Assembly (NCBI RefSeq): GCF_006345805.1
Contig: NW_021831871.1
Span: 1-64,000, forward strand
Direction of reading: 5' to 3'
Length of the DNA: 64,000 bases
Origin: Octopus sinensis
Lineage: Eukaryota
Below the pieces are notes generated by a model. That model saw nothing but the letters and a program-made list of their open reading frames with translations. It did no database searches and had not been told where the DNA came from. Below are positions 24,509 through 38,934 of the stretch, one piece after another. Numbering within the stretch: position 1 is the stretch's first letter; each line of letters begins with the position of its first letter. Made by a program: the position numbers and the translations under genes.

Positions 24509-27500
24509 AACAGAAACACCCTGAAGTAAGACCCTACATAGACAGTAACAAGCTTGCCAATGTTAGAAGAAACATTATAAAAAAGAAATTACTGACTGAA
24601 GTAGAGATTGATCAGGTTAGACAAGCAATATCGGATAAAATGAACGAAGCTGCAGCTAGAGAAGATAATACAGAGGAAATGATTATAGACCAGCCCAGGG
24701 CGGATAAAAACGAAGAGAGGATTGAAAGAGCTAGTATAAGTGATAGGCAAAGTGAAATACGCCCTGAACCAATCATAAACACTAAGACAGATGAGCATCA
24801 AATAGATAAAGAAAGTCACACAAATATTGACCCAACAGAACTACATGAGCTAAAAAAATCAATCATGATTGAATGGCTGAAAATTAAAGAAACCAGCATG
24901 GATGAGCGTGATACACTTCCTAAAATCCGCAACTCTAACCAAAACATGAAAATAATGGGTAAAATCGGCTTGCACTTAAGGATATAATTTCAGTTAATGA
25001 TGTTGATATCATAAACCTCAACCACCTATACTATGCATCCGCGAAAATCTCAACGATCCTATGTGGTGTAAAGATTAGAAAACGGCAACAGTCCCACAAA
25101 AAGCCTTCCTGGCAAGAGCGTCTGCAACAACAAATTAAAGTATTTAGATCTGACATTGAATATTTGAAAAACCTTAAGGCTCACAAGACTACCAAACCTA
25201 CAAAAACCCAAAATTACTGAAAAAATACAATATGAAAACTATACTTGATATTGATGCCACCATAGAAACCATCAAACAAAAGGTATCTGCCAAAGCTGCC
25301 CGCATAGCGAGGTATGAAAAGCGTGTTAGATTTTTCAAGGACAACAACATGTTCAAAAATAACACCAAGAATTTTTACAGGAAGATAGGAAAAACAGCGT
25401 TTACTGCAGGGTCTGTACCATCAAAAGAGAAGTGCAGAGATTTTGGAATAAAATCTGGGCAGAAGAAAAAACACACAACGAAAAGGCCCCCTGGATTGAC
25501 AGAATATCTACAGAACTGGACCCCTTAGAAGAGCAAAAGTGGGAGGGTGTCAAGGTAGAAGATATAAGATCTGCTCTCAGGAGGTCAAGCAAATGGAAGT
25601 CTCCAGGAAAGGATAAAATTCCTAACTTCTGGCTGAATGCCTTCCCAGAGAGCCATGAACTGCTAACAGAACTGTACAATGATGTTTTGCAACACCCTAG
25701 TAGGATGCCTCCTTGGCTAGTTAATGGGTTAACATTCCTGCTTCCAAAAAGTGAAGAAACAAATGAACCAAAAAACTATAGACCCATAACCTGCTTAACA
25801 ACTATGTACAAAACACTAACATCTGTCCTGACGGAATATACCTATAGTTTTTTAACAGACAGCAGCATATTCCCTAATGAACAGAAAGGATGTAAACGTG
25901 GATCCTACGGCTGTAAAGACCAACTACTCATCAATAAGATGATCTTAGAAGATTGTCACAAACGACACAAAAACTTATCAATAGCCTGGATAGACTATAA
26001 AAAGGCTTTTGATAGCCTACCACATAGCTGGATTAGGAAATGCCTTGAAATGTATAAGATAGCACCAACTCTGCGAAACTTCTTGACTGTAAGTATGAGA
26101 TCATGGAGAACCACACTAACTCTGAACAGTGACAGTGAATCCCTAAATGCTGGTGATGTAAAATTTCGTGTGGCATTTTCCAGGGTGACTCACTGTCACC
26201 ACTCCTCTTTTGTTTATCCTTAATACCTCTCTCAAAGCTGCTCAATGACGCGCAGTACGGGTATAAAATGTTTGATAAAAATATAAATCATCTCGTTTAC
26301 ATGGATGATTTAAAGCTTTTTGCAAAAAATGATCAACAACTCAAGGGCTTACTAGCGATAGTCAAACAATTCAGTGACGACATCAGAATGCAATTCGGCC
26401 TCGATAAATGTGCAAAGGCTACCTTATCAAAGGAAAAATGACAGAAACATCTAACGTTAACCTTGACCAACAGAATGTCATAAAAAACTAGACCCAGCGG
26501 AGAGCTACAAGTACCTAGGGGTAATTGAAGGGAACGGAATAAGGCATTCAGAGATGAAGGAAAGGATCAGGAGAGAATGCTATCGAAGAGTGAGAGCAAT
26601 ACTCAAGACAGAGCTGAATGCAAGAAACAGGATCGAAGCAATCAATGCATTAGCTATACCAGTCGTGACTTACAGTTTCAATATTGTTAACTGGTCAATT
26701 ACTGAAATATGTCAGCTCGACAGAAAAATAAGGAAACTGTTGACAATGCATAGAATGCACCACCCTAAGGCAGATACAGAACGACTCTATCTGCCAAGAA
26801 AAGAGGGAGGCCGTGGTCTTTTGCAACTGGCAATAACAATGAAGATTGCTACAATTGGCCTAGACACCTACCTGAAAAACTCTGAGGACTGGATGTTAAA
26901 ACTTGTCTCAAAACATGAAAACAAGAAAGCATCATACTCAGTCACAAAACAGGCAAAGGAATATCTAAGTGAATTCCGAATACAACCAATTTCGGAATTA
27001 GAGATAGACATACAAGAAACAAGCACAGAAAAAGCTAGGCGCATGAAAACCCGTGCCAAAACTGCGGCCTTAGATATTCTGAATAATAAATGGCAAGAAA
27101 AACCTCTCTATGGCAAATACCCAAAGAGAGCGAATAATGCAGATATCGACAAAGCCCTGACCCATCAATGGCTAATGGCCTCTGGCTTAAAATCTGAAAC
27201 AGAGGGGTTTATCATAGCAGCTCAAGATCAATGCCTACCAACAAGAAACTACCAGGCCAACATATTAAAGATCAGAAGCAGTCCAACGTGTCGTGTATGC
27301 AAGCAACAAAATGAAACCATTGACCATGTGGTCTCCAAGTGCAGTCTTCTAGCGCCTACAGAGTATCTCAACAGGCACGATAGAGCTGCACAATATATTC
27401 ACTGGGTAATCTGTAAAAACTGGATTTGCCCCATGAAAAAAACTGGTGGGAACACAAACCACCCCCAGTGCTTGAAAATGACCACATCTCACTCCTCTGG

Positions 27501-27853
27501 AACTTCACCATTCAAACTGACAGGAAGATAGATGCAAATAGGCCAGACATCATATTGAAAGACTTCAAACAAAGAACATGCCTCCTCATTGATATGACTG
27601 TCCCAATCGATATAAACGTATCTGTCAGGACCTACCAAAAACTGAGCAAAATAAAGATCTTGAAATAGAAATCAGCAAAATGTGGAAGCTGAAGACTAAA
27701 ACAATACCTGTTGTCATAGGTGCCCTGGGAATGATAGCAAAAGGGGCTGATAGCTACCTAACTCAGATACCAGGAAACCCAAAAATGGCAGAAGTTCAAA
27801 AGATAGTGCTCATGGGAACTGCTCATATCCTACGCAAAATACTCTCTATGTAA
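24509..27853 (+). CDS. Frameshifted single-ORF polyprotein (RT + CCHC + restriction-like endonuclease)
   Basis: Overlapping ORF pieces 24640-24987, 25232-25528, 25432-26223 (SPGKDKI, NYRPITCL, GCKDQL, IDYKKAFDS), YMDDLKLF ~26300, 26554-27531, 27426-27668; stop TAA 27851-27853. Confidence 0.88.
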
Positions 27854-28067
27854 CCTCAAGGTTTAAAACAACCATAATTTTCGGTTTAAAAAAAAAAAAA
27901 AAAAAAACTTTTTTTTTTTAGACATTCATTAGTACAACATCCCCACCCCAAATATATGGCACACTAGGCATAACAACAACATGAACTTCCAACCCTGTTG
28001 TCTCTTGAGGTCTCTGGGTGAGACTTGGAGCCAACTTGTACAAATATAAAGCAAAAGTCAAACATAG
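24509..28067 (+). mobile_element. R4/Dong-type RLE retrotransposon, family B, nearly full length
   Basis: Begins inside the N-terminal domain (HPEVRPYIDSNKLANVRRNII); complete RT, CCHC knuckle and RLE; 3' UTR with A-run/T-run; (TAA)n at both ends. Confidence 0.95.
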
Positions 28068-28108
28068 AATAATAATAACAATAATATAATAATAATAGTA
28101 ATAATATA

Positions 28109-28380
28109 ACTAGAATGTGGAATCTGAACAGAAACAATTCCTATCATAGTCGGTGCATTAGGCATGATAAAAAAATATTCAGACAAATACATAACAAAAA
28201 CACCAGGACTTACAAACACATATAAAATAAGAAAATGCACTACTAGGCACTGCACACATCCTACGCAGAACACTTTCCATACAAACCATCAGAGCATCAC
28301 ACAAATCACAGCACATACCAAGGCACACAGAGCTGCGCTCGGTAGTGAAGTGAAAGCATGCTATAAAAATAAAACTACTG
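28109..28380 (+). mobile_element. R4/Dong family A, short 3' fragment
   Basis: Near-identical to ~3488-3760; (TAA)n on both sides. Confidence 0.9.
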
Positions 28381-28405
28381 AATAATAATAATAATAATAA
28401 TAAAA

Positions 28406-28459
<54 letters not shown>

Positions 28460-28670
28460 CTAAGAGTAAATGTTAAGGTAGAATGTCTATAGAAAACCGT
28501 TTTGCTTGGAACTGCATAAATCCGAAACAGAGTTCTTGATATCTGAATGGAGTTATCTTAGTTCACTGGTTGTGGACAGTTGACATTTTGTCGCTTTCTC
28601 CAGCGATGCTGTCGTGTTAAACAACAACAACAACAGCAACAACAGCAGCAGCAGCAACAACAACAACAAT

Positions 28671-28702
<32 letters not shown>

Positions 28703-29646
28703 AATAAATAAATAAATAAATAAGTAAGAAGGAGGATTAAAATATGAAAGTATATAAACGACAATAAAAATAACAGAAATCGATAATAATAGTAATAAAA
28801 CTATAATCATTAGATTAATGATAACAAGAAAAATTCAGGTTGATAAGGATATGTTTCTGTTTTGAAATATTTGCGTGTTGTTCGTGCGTGTCTATGTATG
28901 TATATGATGAGTATATGTGTGCATATGTATATATGTATGTGTATGCTAGTAATTGCGTGCATTTATTTGTTTGTGTGTCTTTGGTTTGTATCTGTGTGTC
29001 CCTGAACACCTCCTGGCTGTTTGCGTAAATTTGCGTATGTTTTGGAGGCATGTCTGTGTGTATGTACGAGCGCATCTGAGTAGTGGAGAGAGAAAGAGAA
29101 AGAGAGAAAGAGAGGAAGAAATAGACAGAGAGAGAGAAAGAGGGAGGTAATTGTGTGTTTGTGTTTGTGTGTATGTGTATGTGCGTGAGTGCGTTTGGTT
29201 ACCGGAAGCTGTAAATTGAACATACGCCATTAATTAGAGGCTGATTAGGAAGTTGTTTCCCTTCTGATTCGAAATTGAAGGATGAAAATTCTCGATTTTC
29301 CAGCAGCAGCAATAGTGGTAGTAGTAGTAGTAGTTGTTGTTGTTTTGTTGTTATTGTTACTGTTGCTGTTGTTAAAAGCGCAGCAGTTGCGGCGGCAGCT
29401 CTGTTTTGTTTGCTTGTTGCTTCTCCTGTGATGCTAACGAGATGTCAATACAAAGATATTTAACGGATGGATGTTGCTGTTGTTGTTGCTGCTGTTATTA
29501 TACGCAACCCGCAGTTCAGGCTCGAACCAGCAGACTTCGATTTCGTGCAATTCGCCGCATTAAGCATAACAACAACAATAATGTTGACGACGACTAACAC
29601 AACTATCATCACAACGACAAGGATGGCAAAGGCAATAATAATAATA

Positions 29647-29702
<56 letters not shown>

Positions 29703-29730
29703 AATAATAATAATAATAATAATTATAATG

Positions 29731-29795
<65 letters not shown>

Positions 29796-30114
29796 TATAA
29801 TAATCCTTTCTACATTATAATAATAATCCTTTCCAGGAACGAAATCTGGAATTTTGCAATAAACTGGTACTTAGGTACTTATGGATGAACGGCAAAGTCA
29901 GCCCTGTCGGTAGTTGCAGTTTGTTACCTTAATAATAATTATTCTTTCAAATCGACCCCAAGACTTTGTAAGCCTAGTACTTATTCTATATTTTTGGTCA
30001 CGGGTTTGAATAAAGCAAAGAAGAGTGAAGAATTTTAGTACGGCCAGTTGACTGGTGAAATTCAGAGAGGGCTTTTTTGGCCGAATCACAATAACTAATA
30101 GGAGAGTGGTATTA

Positions 30115-30242
<128 letters not shown>

Positions 30243-30514
30243 GGAAGAAGGTGGGGAAATATTTTTGGTCAAGGGGGTGAAAGAAAATATACATGCATTA
30301 AGAAAGTAAGAAAGAGAGGGGAAAAATTTCCCTAAAGCTAGCTCCCTTAGAAAAATACTTAACCCCCAATCTATAAAATTCTCCTACTCCACTACCACCT
30401 CCACCAACATAGCCGATGTTATCGAAAATCTTAACAACAAGAAACTCAGAAATCCACAACCAGCTAACCTCCATCCCAATAAATTAATTCAACATAACGC
30501 CCAACTCCATAAAT

Positions 30515-31210
30515 ATGAATCCAAAACACCAATCGACCCCCTTAGCAACACTAAACCTTATAACTCCAACTATAATTTCACTGCTAAACTTACCAAAATG
30601 CCCAACAACACCTGCTATAAAAATTGTGAACAATATAGAGGATACTACCAGACACAATAACTATCATACTATACGACTCCACAACACCACCTTCAACTCC
30701 TTAACAAATAATAATCTTAACGAACCTAACACTGATTCCTCACTAAATAGCAATCCCTTCACATGTTCATCCGGAACACTCCTTATAAATCTATGCAGCA
30801 GCAGACGCCCGATCTCCTGTCCTTTCGATAACCGCTGTCTCATAAAAACAATAGTTTATAAGTGCACAGTATCAACTGCCAAATGTAACTACATTTATAT
30901 CGGTTCATGTAGCACCACCTTCAAAGCTATAGCGAACAACCACTACTCCAGCTTCAAGTCCCAAATAAAATCCAACAGTACATCGTTATCCCAACTTATC
31001 AGGAAACTAACGCTTGATTCAACTCCTTACATTATCAAGTTGTCCATAGTGATCCACGCCAAACCATACAGCGGCTATAATAACAGGTGTGATCTCTGCA
31101 TAGCACAGGTCTTAGTTATTCTGCGATCCACGGATTGTCTTAATGAACGCAGCAGTATAATATTCACCTGCAATCATTGGTCACTAAATTTATTTTCAAA
31201 ATACAAATAA
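30515..31210 (+). CDS. Penelope-like GIY-YIG endonuclease domain with upstream Cys-rich motif (degenerate)
   Basis: C..CPFDNRCL...IVYKCTV......YIYIGSC...FK...NNHYSSF...STSLS...CDLC...LNERS...C.H matches the Neptune/Nematis-type PLE endonuclease pattern. Confidence 0.8.
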   Translation: MNPKHQSTPLATLNLITPTIISLLNLPKCPTTPAIKIVNNIEDTTRHNNYHTIRLHNTTFNSLTNNNLNEPNTDSSLNSNPFTCSSGTLLINLCSSRRPISCPFDNRCLIKTIVYKCTVSTAKCNYIYIGSCSTTFKAIANNHYSSFKSQIKSNSTSLSQLIRKLTLDSTPYIIKLSIVIHAKPYSGYNNRCDLCIAQVLVILRSTDCLNERSSIIFTCNHWSLNLFSKYK

Positions 31211-31609
31211 TTACAACCCTACCCCGCTCTTTTCCCCCTCAACTTCGTGCATTTTCCCTCTTATCCACCCTCACTATCACTACATATTAAACCAACAATA
31301 TATCTCCCCTTTAAATCTCTTATTGTCAATTGCACAATTGTCTCCGAATTTTTCTTTCTCTTTATTTTAATTGCCTCCCTCAACTACCCCTCCTTCTGTA
31401 AAATTGCAAGTACATATCCTAACATGCTCCTCTGCCACTTCATGTTGTTAACACGCAGACCACACACTATATACATTCCTCAACTGAAAAAACCTACAGT
31501 AGCCGCCACAATTCTTCCTCTCTCTTTCTTACTTTCTTAAAGCATATATATTTTCTTACTCCCCTTGACTAAAAATATTTCCCCACCCTCTCCCCTCCAT
31601 ATATATATA

Positions 31610-32005
31610 TGAAATACGAAAACAACAGAAAATACGAAATACGAAAACATGGAATACGAACTTTTTTCGAACAACTAAAGAAACAAAGGGATAACAAGAC
31701 AAGCAACATAAAACAACGACCCTTCATCAGTTGTCGGCTGTTTTTCTACTTCGTATTTCGAGTAATTGACGACAAGATACATTTCGACAAAAGAGTTGCT
31801 CCCGCAAAGCAAATTAAATAAAATTTGTGATTTTGCGGAGGATCAAAGTTGGTAGCAAAAATAGGACAGTGAAAGCAAAGAGGAAGGGCTACTAAGCCTG
31901 AACGAGTTCAGTTGGTGAACACGGAGGAACAAGCTCTGACAGGAAACAGACAAGAATGAGTCTTATCCCTGCATCCGATCAGAGAGAAAGGTAGAAGTTC
32001 AAGTT
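31610..32005. mobile_element. Secondary insertion inside the (TA)n of the PLE 3' arm
   Basis: Absent from the inverted left arm; TA runs on both sides; minus strand carries ctgatgaaggg. Confidence 0.55.
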
Positions 32006-32482
32006 ATATATATATATATATACTTTTGGTTTTTTTTATACCTCTTCCCTACTAATTTATGATTCGATCAAAAAAGCCCTCTGAATGTTACCAGTCATCT
32101 AACCCTACTTAAATTCCTCACTCTATCTTGCTTTATTCATACACACTTTCTTTCTCCTCCTTAACCAAAAATATTTCCCCGCTTTCCCCTTCAAATTATC
32201 CTTTCTTCAAATAATATTCCTCTTACAGCTCCATTGATAAGTACCAGTCAACTGACCTTGCTTAAATTCTGCCTTCCTCACTCTTTTATATTTTCTTCTG
32301 ATTCCCTATTTTCCCCCTCTTCTGATACTTTTTTCTCCCTACATTTATACACTCCTCTCATACTCTGCTCTCTACACATTCTGATTGAATATTTCATGCC
32401 TCAGTATGTATATCCTTGCGACAATGTAACGTTTAATTTAATCAAAATATCCTTGGCCTGAAGAGAAGCCGGCGGTATACAG

Positions 32483-32712
32483 CTTACTAAGACGGTGAGC
32501 TGGCAGAATCGTTAGCACGCCGGGCGAAATACTTAGCGGTACGTTCTGAGTTCAAATTCCGCCGATGTCGACTTTGCCTTTCGTCCTTTCGGGGTCGATT
32601 AAATAAGTACCAGTTACGCACTTGGGTCCATATAATAGACTTAATCCCTTTGTCTGTCCTTGTTTGTCCTCTCTGTGTTTAGCCCTTTGTGGGTAGTAAA
32701 GAAATAGGTATA
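32483..32712 (+). mobile_element. SINE-B
   Basis: gacggtgagctggcagaatcgttagcacgccgggcgaaat...gttctgagttcaaattccgccga...tttagccctttgtggg. Confidence 0.88.
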
Positions 32713-32805
32713 TATCTCACTAGGCCTTTTACACCTTCAGAGGTCCCGCCCGTTATGAAATATATGTAGCCCGGATCTTACCTACTCCGTTCCGTAGCTC
32801 TTGTG

Positions 32806-32862
<57 letters not shown>

Positions 32863-33477
32863 TCAGCGGGATTGTTGCCTGGAAAGTAAACAGTTGTAAA
32901 TATTTATCACTATGAGATATGATCGCTGCTCAGCTATTTCTAGCAATCTGTTGGCCAAACACGTAACGTCACAAATTAAACAAAAGTAACGTGTGCATAA
33001 ACATATTTTATATGGAGTACTGTTTACCTATCTCTCTCTTTAATTCTTTCTTTCTCTCTCTCTCTCTCTCTCTCTCTTACGTACACATATGTCTTTATAT
33101 GTGTCTGTGTTCGTGTGTGTGTGTTTGTGTTTGCGTGTGAGATTTATACGTGTGTGTGCTTGTGTGTGTGTGCGTGTGTGTTTTGTGCGTGTTTCTTGTG
33201 TGTGTGTGTGTGGTGTGTGTGTGTGTGTGTGTTCGTGTGTGTGTTCGTGTGTGTGTTTGTGCCTGCGTGTGTGATTGTGCTCGGCGCATGTGTGCGTATT
33301 TGTGTTCGTCCGTGCGTATGTGTTTCGCGCAAGCCAAGAGTCTTACACGTAATTCTTAGGAACAGAGTCACTTACCTAACTTTCTCCCGATTCAAAATAT
33401 AAAAGTATACCTATATATACTCATACACTGAGTTCCATTTTCCTGTCTCTGCTAAGAAACCAAGAAACTTATATGTT

Positions 33478-33536
<59 letters not shown>

Positions 33537-33880
33537 CGTTTATATATTTGTTTTGCAAAATTTTTGATGTGAAATCGTGTGTTGAAACAGATATTGTTGT
33601 ATTAAGGAATGGTCATTTTGCCAGTTTAGCCAATAAAAACACACGCACTATATATTTGGCGTTACTTTGCTTCAGTGTTATTTATTTTTTACATTAATCT
33701 TAAGAAAGAAGAAAGCAAAGGACCACTGATGCGGTCACAGGAGTGTGACGAAAGAACTCTGGCCGAAATAAGATTAAAATTAATGTAAAAAATAAATAAC
33801 GCTGAGCAAAGTAATACCAAATATATAGTACGTGTGCTTTTATTGGCTAAACTGGCAAAATGACCATTCCTAAATACAAC

Positions 33881-33885
<5 letters not shown>
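33537..33885 (+). mobile_element. TA-embedded foldback element with minimal hammerhead-like motif in the spacer (33720-33764)
   Basis: Arms 33591-33698 and 33779-33885; spacer GGACCA CUGAUGC G GUCAC-AGGAGU-GUGAC GAA AG-AA-CU C UGGCC. Confidence 0.72.
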
Positions 33886-33918
<33 letters not shown>

Positions 33919-33924
33919 CTTTAC

Positions 33925-34102
33925 ACGGAGGATGTAAAGGAATATGTCTACCTGGGACAGGAAGTGAATATGTGCCGAGACATTGAAAAGGAGATCTCGC
34001 CGAGAGCATGGGCCGGATGGAAGGAGTTTAATGGCATAAGGGATGTGCTTATGGACAGGACCACCCGCGCTAACCTCTTCAATAGCACAGTTCTACCTAG
34101 TA
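33925..34102 (+). mobile_element. RTE-clade LINE RT fragment
   Basis: EDVKEYVYLGQEVNMCRDIEKEISPRAWAGWKEFNGIRDVL...RANLFNSTVLP. Confidence 0.75.
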
Positions 34103-34285
34103 TAGGCACAAGGCCTGAAATTATAGGTGGGGGTGGCTATTCGAATACATCGATATCAATGTCTTACAGGTACTTCATTTATCGACCCCGAAATGATGAA
34201 AGGTAAAGTCGACTCGTCGGAATTTGAACTCAGATACCGCTAAGCATTTCGTCCAACGCGCTAACGAGTCTGCCAGCTCGCCGCC
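34100..34285 (-). mobile_element. SINE-B
   Basis: taggcacaaggcctgaaatt...ggaatttgaactcag...ctgccagctcgccgcc. Confidence 0.8.
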
Positions 34286-34510
34286 GTAATAATAATGATG
34301 ATGGTGATGATGATAATAAAAACAACTAATATTAATAATAATAATAATAATAATAATATATATGTGTATTTGGGTGTGTAGGTACGTATTTTAAATGCGT
34401 ACATACAGACGCATATACACATGCGCGTGCGCGTGCGCACGCACACACACACACACACATATCTATATATTTAGACATAGACATGTGTATATATATATAT
34501 ATATAATATA

Positions 34511-34566
<56 letters not shown>

Positions 34567-34616
34567 ATGTAATATCACACATGCATACACACACAAAACA
34601 CCACGCATACACAACA

Positions 34617-34670
<54 letters not shown>

Positions 34671-34817
34671 TTAAACATAAACATGCATGTATATGTGTAG
34701 ACTAACACACATACATGCACGCACACACATACATATTTAGAAACACTCACACAAATGTATGTGTAGAAATATATATAGACATACATGCATTCATATATAC
34801 ATATATATATATATGTG

Positions 34818-34853
<36 letters not shown>

Positions 34854-35243
34854 TGCTACAAACATGCATAGATGGTAGTTAAGCCTGCATGTTTGCATAT
34901 CTGCATTATGTAGGTAGGTAGGTAGGTAGGTATGTAGGTGTGTAGGTAGGTATGTAGGTAGGTAGGAAGTCAGGTAGATCATTTGGATGGCGGATAAGTA
35001 GCTGCATGTTTTGGTGAATGCACTGAAACATCGGATTGTATGCAGTTAGCTGCATATAGACGGGTGCATGGGGTATGCTCTGTTACTCCATGTAGGTAGA
35101 CAGATGCACCAGGTTTGTGGGTTGAGATGTATTTACTAGTTTAGGTAAGTCGGTGCACGGTTTAGGTAGTGTAAAATTTTAACTGCTTGAAATGCGGTGG
35201 AGACGACGGACGCAAACTTGGTAAGCGAGTGTATTATAATATG

Positions 35244-35284
<41 letters not shown>

Positions 35285-35384
35285 GCATGCACACTTATGG
35301 ATATGGATATACATATACATACACATAGTTATATACGTACATATATACACATGCATAATATATATATATTTGAACGTAGGAGTG

Positions 35385-35805
35385 GCTGTGTGTAAGTAGC
35401 TTGCTTACGAACTACATGGGTCTGGGTTCAGTCCCACTGCATGGCACCTTGAGCAAGTGTCTTCTACCATAGCCTCGGACCAAGCAAACCTTGTGAGTGG
35501 ATTTGGTAGACGGAAACTGGAAGAAGCAAGTCGTATATATGTATATGTATATATATATATGTATGCGGGTGTATGTATTTATGTATCTGTGTGTGACCCT
35601 AAGCCTAATCCCCCAACATCGCTTGACAACCGATGCTGGTATGTTTACATCCCCGTATCTAGCGGTTCTGCAAAAGAGACCGATAAAATAAGTACTAGGC
35701 TTACAAAGAACAAGTCCTAGGGTCGATGTGCTCGACTAAAGGCGGTGCTCCAGCATGACCACAGTCAAATGACTGAAACAAGTAAAAGAGTACAAAGAGT
35801 AAAGA
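35385..35805 (+). mobile_element. SINE-A, full length
   Basis: Head, internal microsatellite and tail as 11052-11458. Confidence 0.88.
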
Positions 35806-35904
35806 GTATATATATAAATATATATATTGAGCGCCATACTAATACAATTGTTCGTTTGTTTTCCACCTGCCTTCGTCTTTTGTTTATTTTCATAAAGCTT
35901 CCCG

Positions 35905-35938
<34 letters not shown>

Positions 35939-36030
35939 CAAGCTGGTACAAGATATATATATATGAAACACGCATGTATATGTGTCATACATACATATAT
36001 ATATATATGTGTGTGTAATATATATATGTA

Positions 36031-36165
<135 letters not shown>

Positions 36166-37239
36166 GTATGTACTCATCTACACACACATATATAGGCATA
36201 TATGTATATTTGCCTGTATACAGGTATGTCTGTATGCATAAATGTATGCTTGTATATGCAAGTACGTATGGATTCATATATGTTAGTTCATAGATAGGTA
36301 TGTGAACGTATTTGTTAATTGTGTATGTGCATTTTTGTGTATTTGTGTGGGTGTGGGTAGCCGGGTAGGTTGTTGTGTGGCTGTATATAATGTTTTAAAG
36401 GTAGCTGTGTATAAAGTTTATGCATGTCTTTTACTGTGTGTGTGTATGTGTATTTAGTGTGTAAATGTATGCTTTGTATGTCTTTGTACGTCATGGTAGT
36501 GGTGGATCTCCATCGTTGGTGGACGAGGATATTGTTATCCGATCAAGTGAATTACCTTCTCCTAAATTTACAAATAAACGGTTGTTGTTTTTTTTACAGA
36601 CACGTGACCAGTCATGTGACTCTTAGGCAGAATTTGCGTGACACAGTGTCTGAAAAAGTCGTAGGTTTTGAATCACATGTACAGTCTTATATAGTCTCCA
36701 TTTGAGGGAAATTGAGTCACCCTCAGGTTATGAGAAAAGGACATTTGCCGAAGACGCCAGCGGCGGTATTGAACACGGAATCTAATGGTTCTAAAGCAAA
36801 TTTCTTGACCGTTCAGCCGTACTTCGTTTTAGTAAGGATCACAAGACATTGATTCATAAGGCCGGTTTTCCGGATTCTGTACTGTATACATTCCCCTACA
36901 AGGCGGGAGGCCGCTCTGTGGCAAGATTACCGATTTTTGCTGGTTGATTGAATTATACTCAACCATTTTTTAACAATAGACACCTTTGTTTCAGGTTTTA
37001 CTTGGGTGGACTCCCACAGACATTCGGTATTTAAAAAATCATATATCTATAATTAAATATTATTGGGAATTCTATAAAAAAATATTGTTTAAATATTTTG
37101 TATTTTGTAGGATTATAACCAGTTTATTGCATACAAATTTATAATCGTATATGGACCCCCAAGGGTCAAATGAACCATCGTTGAGAACCGCTGGACTAGG
37201 GCAACGCACATCGTCTTCACCCGAAATCAAACCAGCATT

Positions 37240-37472
37240 CTTATTTCTTTATTGTCCACAAGGGGCTAAACATATAGGGGACAAACAAGGACAGAGAAAG
37301 GAATTAAGTCGATCACATCGCGTCAGTGCGTAACTGGTACTTAATTTATCGACCCCGAAAGGATGAAAGGCAAAGTCGACCTCGGCGGAATTTGAACACA
37401 GAACGGAGCGGCAGACGAAATACTGCTAAGCATTTCGCCCGGCGTGCTAACGTTTCTGTCAGCTCGCCGCCT
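37240..37472 (-). mobile_element. SINE-B, long-tail variant
   Basis: Reverse complement of the 32483-type sequence including tttagccccttgtgg tail. Confidence 0.85.
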
Positions 37473-38751
37473 TCATTCGAACCAACGTTCTTATGATCAC
37501 GAGTACAATACCCTAACCACAAAGCCACGCACTTCCAGTTTTGTATGTAGTACGAGGTTAGCAAATGGAATGTAATTCGTGGCCTATTCTTTTGAGGTGG
37601 AATTTCGTTGACAGAAACTGATGTGTTCGAAATAGCAGTTAAATTTTTCTCAGATCACATCCCACCACTTGAAATGAAGAAGGATGCATTAAACAATGTG
37701 GGCCCTTGTGTACGAAAAATATAATAAGAAAAGAGAATGATGGGATTGTTACGTTTTGATAATAGGTTTGCTAGATGAGAGCTGACTTGGAGGAGGAGGA
37801 GAAGGAGAAGAAGAAGAAGGAGGAGGAGAGGGGAGAGGGAACAGAAATCTATAACGGATGTGCAATTTAAACGACCCAGCATTTAACTGCCACATATTTA
37901 ATCGTTTGAACACGGATTAAATTGAAACTTAATTCCAGTAGGGCTCGAACATAGAACATTTGGGAGCGTAATGAAATACTAGTTGATGAGAGTAATTATA
38001 AGGGCTATGCTGATATCAATAATGATTTTTTTCTATAATTTTTTTTGGGGGGGGGAGTCCAACTTCAATACAAAATATTATAGTTGCGTGCCTTGTCGTT
38101 AGGTTCCGTTGAGATCCGTTTTAAACCGAAAAAATTTAACCGCTTAAGGGAAAAAGGGACAACTGTCATAAAAATAGATATACAACAGATAATTTGTGCT
38201 GTTAACATGCACGTACGGTCATATATATATATCTATATACAGAGGTAAAATACGCAATATTCTAACATATTTTTAAAGAAAATGAAAATAAAGAAACCTA
38301 TCCAGAAAACTGCAGTAAAATATAAGGGAAATTTATTAAAAAATAAATACAAACACTTGAAAAAGTGCAAAAGAAAGTCTCTTACTCTCTCTCTCTTTCC
38401 CTCTTTCGGTCTTTCTCTCTCTCTCACGCGCACACACACACACGCCTCATGCGCAAACGCATACACAAACATAGAAATTCGCTCAAACACAAGCTCCTCA
38501 AAAGTAATGAAAAAAACAAATGAGGAAAATATTGTAATAAAAACACGAATGCAACATGGCCGCCCCATCTACAATTGTTTCTCTTGCAAGCTTAAGTTGA
38601 AAAAAGATATTTTAATGGAGGATCTGTAAAAATTCACGAAACCATTTCCGGTAGAGAGGGGAAAGAGAAAAAAAATACAGAAGGTAGAGAGGGTGACAAA
38701 TTTCATTTCTTTATATATATTTATACGCATATTTTTCTCTTTGCTGTTGCA

Positions 38752-38818
<67 letters not shown>

Positions 38819-38857
38819 CATTATTATTATCATTATTATTATTATTATTATTTATTA

Positions 38858-38934
<77 letters not shown>

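Noticed and set aside
32455-32485. ctgaagagaagc...gctt as hammerhead
   Set aside because: GAAA and stem III missing; cut off by the SINE-B insertion
37150-37197. gttgagaaccgctg hAT-Charlie-like terminus
   Set aside because: Only one end found; element extent cannot be defined
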